A stretch of DNA of 64,000 nucleotides from Bacillota bacterium (GTDB lineage Bacteria; Bacillota; Clostridia; Christensenellales; SZUA-584). Under the pieces are notes generated by a model. The model had not been told where the DNA came from and did no database searches. It saw only the letters and a program-made list of their open reading frames with translations. The position numbers and the translations under genes are program-made. Below are positions 58,777-64,000 of the stretch, one piece after another (the stretch's first letter is position 1; each line of letters starts with the position of its first letter). Where the stretch lies: NCBI GenBank assembly GCA_023406895.1, contig JAEXTV010000001.1, forward strand, positions 7,019 through 71,018. Direction: 5' to 3'.

Positions 58777-58805
58777 TTGACTTTTTGATATCCGTTGACT
58801 ATAAT
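58777..58805 (+). promoter_or_regulatory. Sigma-A promoter (TTGACT-17-TATAAT) for rpsU
   Basis: TTGACT 58777-58782, a 17-nt spacer, and TATAAT 58800-58805. Confidence 0.75.
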
Positions 58806-58878
58806 AATCTAAGTTAAAAAACTCCCATTGTCGGTGCGCAACCATGTGCCGTGGGGTATGGGAGGGAGGGTTAATTAG

Positions 58879-59052
58879 GTGGCAGAAATACGCGTTGGTG
58901 AAAATGAATCTTTGGAGAACGCTCTGAAACGGTTTAAGCGTTTAACCGCAAGAGAAGGCACGCTGGCTGAGCTCAGAAAGCGTGAGCACTATGAAAAGCC
59001 GAGTGTCAAGAGAAAGAAAAAGGCAGAGGCGGCTCGGAAGAGAAAGCACTAA
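58879..59052 (+). CDS. rpsU: 30S ribosomal protein S21
   Basis: Not in the ORF track (57 aa). My own translation from GTG 58879 is [57 protein letters not shown], with stop TAA 59050-59052. A GGGAGGGAGGG SD lies upstream. Confidence 0.93.
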   Translation: MAEIRVGENESLENALKRFKRLTAREGTLAELRKREHYEKPSVKRKKKAEAARKRKH

Positions 59053-59072
59053 GCACATACATAATCGAAGAC

Positions 59073-59106
59073 AAAGCCCGGGGGTCATTATTGTTCCCGG
59101 GTTTTA
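59073..59106 (+). terminator. Rho-independent terminator after rpsU
   Basis: AAAGCCCGGG-loop-CCCGGGTTTTATT. Confidence 0.75.
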
Positions 59107-59275
59107 TTGTTTATCAACGGATTAAACAGGCAGCAGGATATGCGTCGCAGCGAACATCTCTGTCAAACGGTGTTTGACGGAGCGGCGTTTTCATAACGCA
59201 TCCATTATGAGGAGAATACCTGAATCACCATCAAGCGAAGTGTGGTGGTGCCAAATTGTCGATTAAGCCCTTCTT

Positions 59276-59386
59276 CTGTCATGCTCAGGAGCGTAGCGAG
59301 TGACTATGAAATGGAACGCATCCCATGGAAGAACGCTTTAAACATGGGATTCTGTCCATTGCGTAGTCGAACGCTAACGAAATGAC
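59276..59386 (+). repeat. MITE-like palindromic repeat, copy 2
   Basis: CTGTCATGCTCAGGAGCGTAGCGA..CATCCCATGgaaGAACGCTTTAAACATGGGATT..CGTAGTCGAaCGCTAACGAAATGAC. This is homologous to the reverse complement of 48183-48288. Confidence 0.75.
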
Positions 59387-59454
59387 ACAAGTCTTTTTTT
59401 TGACAGTCTGTCATCATTAAACAAAGTGTGTTGGTGTATCGGAAAGGAACGGGA

Positions 59455-60741
59455 ATGAAAAGATTTCTGGCGGGCATTGCGGCGGTGCTGATTGGGCTTG
59501 GGCTGTTTTGCAGCGGAGAGGCAAAAGCGGTGGGAGAAAGCGTGATCGTGGCGGAGGTCAGCGGTGAGGTGAACGCGGCGATGAGCGCCTATATTGCCGA
59601 TGTGATCGACAACGCCGAATTGTCGGGCAGCGCGGTGGTGCTCAATATCGACACCTACGGCGGCCAGATCATTGAGGCGGACGCGATCAAAAAAACTTTG
59701 CTTGAAGCTGCGGTGCCGGTGGATTGCTACATTCGCGGCAACGCGCTGTCGGCCGGTGTGCTGATTGCATCGTCGTGCGAGCGCATCATTATGGCGCCTT
59801 CCGCCGTCATCGGCGCGGCTGAAACAATTCCGAATGACGAAAAAACGCTGTCCACTTGGGTGGGTATTTTAAAATCGGCCGCTGAGGCGCGCGGACGGGA
59901 TCCGGAGCTTGTGGCGGCAATGGCGGATAAGCGCATCGCGATCGACGGTGTGACGAAGGAAGGCGAGCTGCTCACGCTGGGTGCCAATGAGGCTTTGACG
60001 CTTAATTTTTCACAGGGGACAGCCTCGGGGCTTAACGACGCGCTGGCGCAGCTGGGTTATGCAGACGCTGCTGTCACCGAGCAGCCGATGAGCTTTGCCA
60101 CGCAGACTGCGCAGTTTCTCACATCGACGACTGTGGCCAGTTTGTTGTTTATCGCCGCGATCGTCTGCATGGGCATAGAGATATTCACGCCGGGCTTCGG
60201 GCTGTTTGGCATCCTGTCGATACTCTTTTTCGGGCTGTACTTCGGCGGCGGCTTTTTGGCCGGGTATGCGCAGTGGTGGTCGGCAGCGCTGTTCGTGTTC
60301 GGCATCGTCATGATCGGTATCGAAATCGTTGTGCCGGGGTTTGGTGTGTTTGGCATACTCGGGATTATCGGCGTCGGTGCGGGGCTGCTGTTTGCCGCGA
60401 AGGATCTCGGGACGTTCATTATCATATTCGCCACGGGTGTATTGGGCAGCACAGTGCTGCTGACGATATTGTATCAGGTATTCAAACGATTCGGGCTGCT
60501 TCGCAAGGTGGTGCTTTTCGGTAACATGGAGGCGCAGCAGGGCTTTACGAGCCACGAAACCGCCGAAAGCCTTGTCGGGCAGTTGGGCGTCGCCGAGACG
60601 GATTTACGGCCCGCAGGCTTTGCGCGTATCGACGGAAACCGTATGGAGGTTGTTTCGAGTGGAGCCTATATCGTGAGAGGCAGTGAGGTTATGGTGATCA
60701 GCCACACGCCGGGGCGCATCGTGGTGGATGAAAAGCATTAG
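59455..60741 (+). CDS. NfeD-family membrane-bound ClpP-class serine protease (YqeZ-like)
   Basis: ORF 59428..60741 with ATG 59455. It has a signal/TM segment, a ClpP-like domain (..GNALSAGVLIASSC..), four TM helices and a C-terminal NfeD OB domain (..GVAETDLRPAGFARIDGNRMEVVS..G..V.V). Confidence 0.85.
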   Translation: MKRFLAGIAAVLIGLGLFCSGEAKAVGESVIVAEVSGEVNAAMSAYIADVIDNAELSGSAVVLNIDTYGGQIIEADAIKKTLLEAAVPVDCYIRGNALSAGVLIASSCERIIMAPSAVIGAAETIPNDEKTLSTWVGILKSAAEARGRDPELVAAMADKRIAIDGVTKEGELLTLGANEALTLNFSQGTASGLNDALAQLGYADAAVTEQPMSFATQTAQFLTSTTVASLLFIAAIVCMGIEIFTPGFGLFGILSILFFGLYFGGGFLAGYAQWWSAALFVFGIVMIGIEIVVPGFGVFGILGIIGVGAGLLFAAKDLGTFIIIFATGVLGSTVLLTILYQVFKRFGLLRKVVLFGNMEAQQGFTSHETAESLVGQLGVAETDLRPAGFARIDGNRMEVVSSGAYIVRGSEVMVISHTPGRIVVDEKH

Positions 60742-60897
60742 GCACATTCACAGCTTTGGCAAGGGAAGCTGATGCCTTTTTGATATGCCTTCTGACTGAA
60801 GACAAAGCCGCCATGATCATTGTTGTAAAAGAGCAGCATCTCCTCTCATCCGGTCCGTCGCGGAAACGCTACGTTCGTTTATTGCAGTCTTGGAAAG

Positions 60898-60926
60898 AAT
60901 GACGGCTGCCGTCATTTTCTGTTTTA
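60898..60926 (+). terminator. Rho-independent terminator in nfeD-yqfC spacer
   Basis: AATGACGG-ctg-CCGTCATT followed by TTCTGTTTT. Confidence 0.55.
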
Positions 60927-61158
60927 TTGAAGTGCGCTAACGCAAAATGATTCCGAGTGACCGATTTAATTTCCCCGGCCACCTATTACACGGCCCCCAA
61001 TCCGCCCCGGGGACAGGCGTTAGAGGAGGCCGCGATAAGAGGGCTTCTTGATTATCTGAGAAGGCATGATCATGTCTTCTTTTTTTATTGCCGTTTGCAT
61101 ATTTATAATCGGGGTTTAAAGCGAATAAACCAAATCGAAATTGCCGGAGAAAACACAT

Positions 61159-61437
61159 TTGAGCCGATTGAGTGAAATTAAAAAAAGCATTGTGCAAAAG
61201 TTTGAGCTTGCGCCCGAGGCGGTGGGCTGTTTGCGCCTGACGGTCATCGACAACACGAATGTGTATATCGAAAACCATAAAGGTGTCGCGGAATACACGC
61301 ATAAACGTGTGGGCATCAACGGCGGATCATTTTTGATCGTGATAACCGGCACCGATTTGCATCTGGAGCGCTTCGGCAGGGACAACGCGGCCATCAGCGG
61401 CGATATCCGTTTGATCCAGTACGAAAATTTAAGATAA
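61159..61437 (+). CDS. yqfC: Sporulation protein YqfC (YabP/YqfC family)
   Basis: ORF 61141..61437 with TTG 61159 behind GGAG. ..VYIENHKGVAEYT.. matches the YqfC core (..IYIENHRGLL.. in B. subtilis, from memory). Confidence 0.8.
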   Translation: MSRLSEIKKSIVQKFELAPEAVGCLRLTVIDNTNVYIENHKGVAEYTHKRVGINGGSFLIVITGTDLHLERFGRDNAAISGDIRLIQYENLR

Positions 61438-61454
61438 GAGGTGGGCAGCACGCC

Positions 61455-62618
61455 TTGAGAATATGGAAATTAATTGCCGGATATGTTATGATACGCGTGG
61501 AAGGCCTCTCATTGGAGAGGTTCTTAAACATCGCGGCGCAGGCCGGTGTCACGGTTTACGATGCCCAGCGTGTGTCGTATACGGTGTTGCGCGCGGTGCT
61601 TAGCGCGCACGGATACCGCAAGCTGAAAAAGCTGGTGCCGGACAAATACAGCGTCCACATAGAAAAAAAGGCCGGAGCACCGTTTGGCTTGAAACGGATT
61701 TTTGCGCGCAGAGCGCTGCTCATCGGACTTGCGGCTTTGGGCGTTCTCGTGCTGGTGGCATCGCTTTTTGTATGGGATGTACGCGTAACGGGTATAGAAA
61801 GACGTGAAGCCATCAAGCTGACAGAGGAGCTTAAGTCGCTCGGCGTTTTTATCGGGGCATACAAGGGCGGTTTCGATATCAAACAGATTGAAACGCGGCT
61901 CATGGTGGATCACGACGAATTTGCGTGGGTGAACCTGAAATTTACAGGTGTGGTCGCCGAGATTGAGGTGGTACCGGCCATCCCTGCACCCGAAATGGTG
62001 GACGATTCGCGTCCCTGCAGCATTGTGGCAGCCAAGGACGCGCTGATTGAAAGCGTGACGGCCTTAAACGGACGGGCGGCGGTGGCCAAAGGGCAGACGG
62101 TGCGCAAGGGTGATACGCTGATATCGGGCCTCATCTGGGACGAAGGGCTGACGCGATTGATGGTGGCGGCGCGCGGAGATGTGATTGGAAGTGTATGGTA
62201 TCAGGCGAAAGCGAGTGCCCCTGTAATGAAGGAAACGCGGGTGCCGACGGGGCGAACGCAGATGCAGCGTATGATTGCGATCGGTGCGGACACCTCAGCC
62301 GTGGACGCGCCGTGTTCGTTTGACGAGTACGACACGCGCGTTGTGGATTCTTACAACTTGGTCGGGCTGTTTTTACCGGTTAAGGTTATAAGGCTTGAGC
62401 ACAGTGAGGTCATGATCAGAAAAGAGCCGGAATCTTTGCCCGTGCTCAAGGCATCGCTGGAAGAAAGCGCATTTTTTAACGCGCAGGGGTTGGTTCCGCA
62501 GAACGCGGAGGTTGTGGGGCATGAAACGGTGTTTGAAGAGCAGGACGGCGTGCTGACAGCGACGGTCTATGTTCAGACACATGAGGATATAGGAGAAGTC
62601 GTCTATCTGGAGGAGTAA
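61455..62618 (+). CDS. yqfD: Sporulation protein YqfD
   Basis: 387 aa with a TTG start behind AAGAGGTGGG. The N-terminus ..GYVMIRVEGLSLERFLN.. is followed by one TM segment. Its position between yqfC and phoH matches B. subtilis. Confidence 0.85.
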   Translation: MRIWKLIAGYVMIRVEGLSLERFLNIAAQAGVTVYDAQRVSYTVLRAVLSAHGYRKLKKLVPDKYSVHIEKKAGAPFGLKRIFARRALLIGLAALGVLVLVASLFVWDVRVTGIERREAIKLTEELKSLGVFIGAYKGGFDIKQIETRLMVDHDEFAWVNLKFTGVVAEIEVVPAIPAPEMVDDSRPCSIVAAKDALIESVTALNGRAAVAKGQTVRKGDTLISGLIWDEGLTRLMVAARGDVIGSVWYQAKASAPVMKETRVPTGRTQMQRMIAIGADTSAVDAPCSFDEYDTRVVDSYNLVGLFLPVKVIRLEHSEVMIRKEPESLPVLKASLEESAFFNAQGLVPQNAEVVGHETVFEEQDGVLTATVYVQTHEDIGEVVYLEE

Positions 62619-62619
62619 T

Positions 62620-63594
62620 TTGGACACATGCAACGTAGAACTCGGCATCGAGGTTGACAATATCGAGCAATTGATTACACTTATCGGCGCATTTGATGAG
62701 AACTTAAAGGCCATTGAAAAGGAGACAGGCGCCAGTATCATCGCGCGCAACACACATGTGGCGATATACGGGCGCAGCGAAGACGCGGAGCTTGCCAAGA
62801 CCGTGGTGGACAAGCTGCTTGGCATGATCAAAAAGCAGGAGAAGATCGATCTGTCGCGCATTCGCTACGCGGTGGAACTGGCGAGAGAAGGCAACGCCGA
62901 CGCGATCGAGGAGATCATGACCGACGTGATCGCGATCACGAGCAAGGGGCGGCAGGTGAAAAGCCGCACCATCGGCCAGAAACGCTATGTGAAGGCGATG
63001 AGAGAGAACACGATCGTGTTCGCCATTGGCCCGGCTGGCACAGGCAAAACGTATCTCGCCATGGCGATGGCCGTGGTGGCGCTGAAGAACAAAGAGGTGG
63101 AGCGCATTATTCTCACGCGCCCTGCCGTGGAAGCGGGAGAAAGCCTCGGCTTTTTGCCGGGTGATCTTCAAACGAAGGTCGATCCGTATCTGCGCCCGCT
63201 CAACGATGCGCTGTATGAACTGCTTGGCGCGGAGGTATTCGCGCGCTATTCTGAGCGTGGTATGATTGAGGTGGCACCGCTTGCGTATATGCGCGGGCGT
63301 ACACTCTCGGACGCGTTTATCGTGCTCGATGAAGCACAGAACTGCACCGAGGAGCAGATGAAGATGTTTTTAACGCGCCTCGGCGAAAACGCGCGCATGG
63401 TGGTGACAGGTGATATCACGCAGATTGACCTGCCCAAGGAAAAAAAGAGCGGGCTCAAACAGTGCGTCAACATCCTTGAGGGTATTGAGAACATCAGTGT
63501 GCAGTACCTGACGCATAAGGACGTGGTGCGCCACGAACTCGTGCAGAATATCATCAGAGCCTATGAAAGATATGAAAAAAACGTACGGAGGTAG
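62620..63594 (+). CDS. phoH: PhoH-family ATPase (PhoH/YbeZ)
   Basis: 324 aa with a TTG start behind GGAGGAG. It has Walker A (GPAGTGKTYLA), ..LTRPAVEAGE.LGFLPGD.. and ..DEAQN... Confidence 0.93.
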   Translation: MDTCNVELGIEVDNIEQLITLIGAFDENLKAIEKETGASIIARNTHVAIYGRSEDAELAKTVVDKLLGMIKKQEKIDLSRIRYAVELAREGNADAIEEIMTDVIAITSKGRQVKSRTIGQKRYVKAMRENTIVFAIGPAGTGKTYLAMAMAVVALKNKEVERIILTRPAVEAGESLGFLPGDLQTKVDPYLRPLNDALYELLGAEVFARYSERGMIEVAPLAYMRGRTLSDAFIVLDEAQNCTEEQMKMFLTRLGENARMVVTGDITQIDLPKEKKSGLKQCVNILEGIENISVQYLTHKDVVRHELVQNIIRAYERYEKNVRR

Positions 63595-63598
63595 ATGA

Positions 63599-64000
63599 AT
63601 GGCAGCCAATCCGCTCAAGAGAAGGCTGGTGCCGAGAAGGCAGCTGTTCGCGTCCCTGCTCATCGGGCTCGTGACGCTGGTCATCGTGTTCGTGTTGATT
63701 GCGCTTTCCATGACACCCGTTCAATATGATATCAAGGTTGGAGACGTGGCACCCGAGACGATCGCGGCCAGCCGCGAAGTGACGGATCAGGTTTCCACCG
63801 ACGCCGCGATAGTGAAGGCGCGCGCGGAAGTGCCGCTCATGTACGCCCTGAATACTACCGTGACTCAACAAGTTCAGCAAGGCGTTAAAGACTATTTTGT
63901 GAAGGCAAAAACAGCCATGGAAGCCATGCGGGACGCATACATCACAAACCAGGTCAAAGAATCGAATTACAGCTACTCGCGCGATTATTATCTCGGGCTT
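63599..64000 (+). CDS. 7TM-HD membrane phosphohydrolase (YqfF/PgpH family), N-terminal part, runs off window
   Basis: Not in the ORF track (no stop in the window). My own translation from ATG 63599 is open to the window end: MAANPLKRRLVPRRQLFASLLIGLVTLVIVFVLIALSMTPVQYDIKVGDVAPETI... The assignment rests mainly on its position after phoH (B. subtilis synteny) and the N-terminal TM plus extracellular-domain pattern. Confidence 0.6.
   Translation, partial: MAANPLKRRLVPRRQLFASLLIGLVTLVIVFVLIALSMTPVQYDIKVGDVAPETIAASREVTDQVSTDAAIVKARAEVPLMYALNTTVTQQVQQGVKDYFVKAKTAMEAMRDAYITNQVKESNYSYSRDYYLGL

Noticed and set aside
63595-63732. ATG immediately after the phoH stop opening a 45-aa frame (MNGSQSAQEKAG..)
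   Set aside because: It terminates after 45 codons. The +1-shifted ATG at 63599 stays open to the window end and gives a TM helix plus sensible downstream sequence.

Overview
This window is about 64 kb of mostly core chromosome from a PolC-type, endospore-lineage Firmicute (Clostridia-like, moderately GC-rich). Apart from glpP at the left edge and one IS transposase, every gene I accept is on the + strand. In order, the window holds: (1) glpP, a hydrolase and an oxidoreductase; (2) a four-gene RsbV/RsbW/SigB-like sigma module; (3) the division cluster yggS-sepF-divIVA; (4) a GT4 glycosyltransferase with a flippase-like membrane protein; (5) PiT plus DUF47; (6) rpsB-tsf-pyrH-frr-uppS-cdsA-dxr-rseP-ispG-polC; (7) two ldh paralogs, a GNAT and a malic enzyme; (8) recJ-relA-dtd-MBL-hemZ; (9) yceD-rpmF-plsX-acpP-rnc-glyA; (10) gdhA; (11) a large KaiC-like/PPDK_N fusion protein; (12) pstS, a repeat/IS nest, then pstCAB-phoU; (13) DUF512-der-plsY-lspA-rluD; (14) rpsU-nfeD-yqfC-yqfD-phoH-yqfF. 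I found no CRISPR array, tRNA, rRNA, prophage or recognisable defence island, so I cannot claim a clear-cut novel system. The items most worth a second look are listed here. (a) The sigma module has a degenerate RsbW-like pseudokinase before the sigma gene and an intact HATPase kinase after it. (b) An 848-aa protein fuses a Walker-A-less KaiC-like domain to a PPDK_N ATP-grasp domain with no swivel-His motif. (c) The pstS-pstC spacer has accumulated a MITE-like element, a multi-hairpin repeat and an IS5-family element inserted into a hairpin loop, and Pho-box-like repeats sit in front of both pstS and pstC. (d) The two ldh genes share a CxxCxxxC insert, and the second has a Rex-like operator. 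(e) Two orphan AT-rich or structured spacers lie at about 29.8-30.5 kb and 42.1-43.0 kb. All calls come from reading the sequence and from remembered family motifs. No database search was run.
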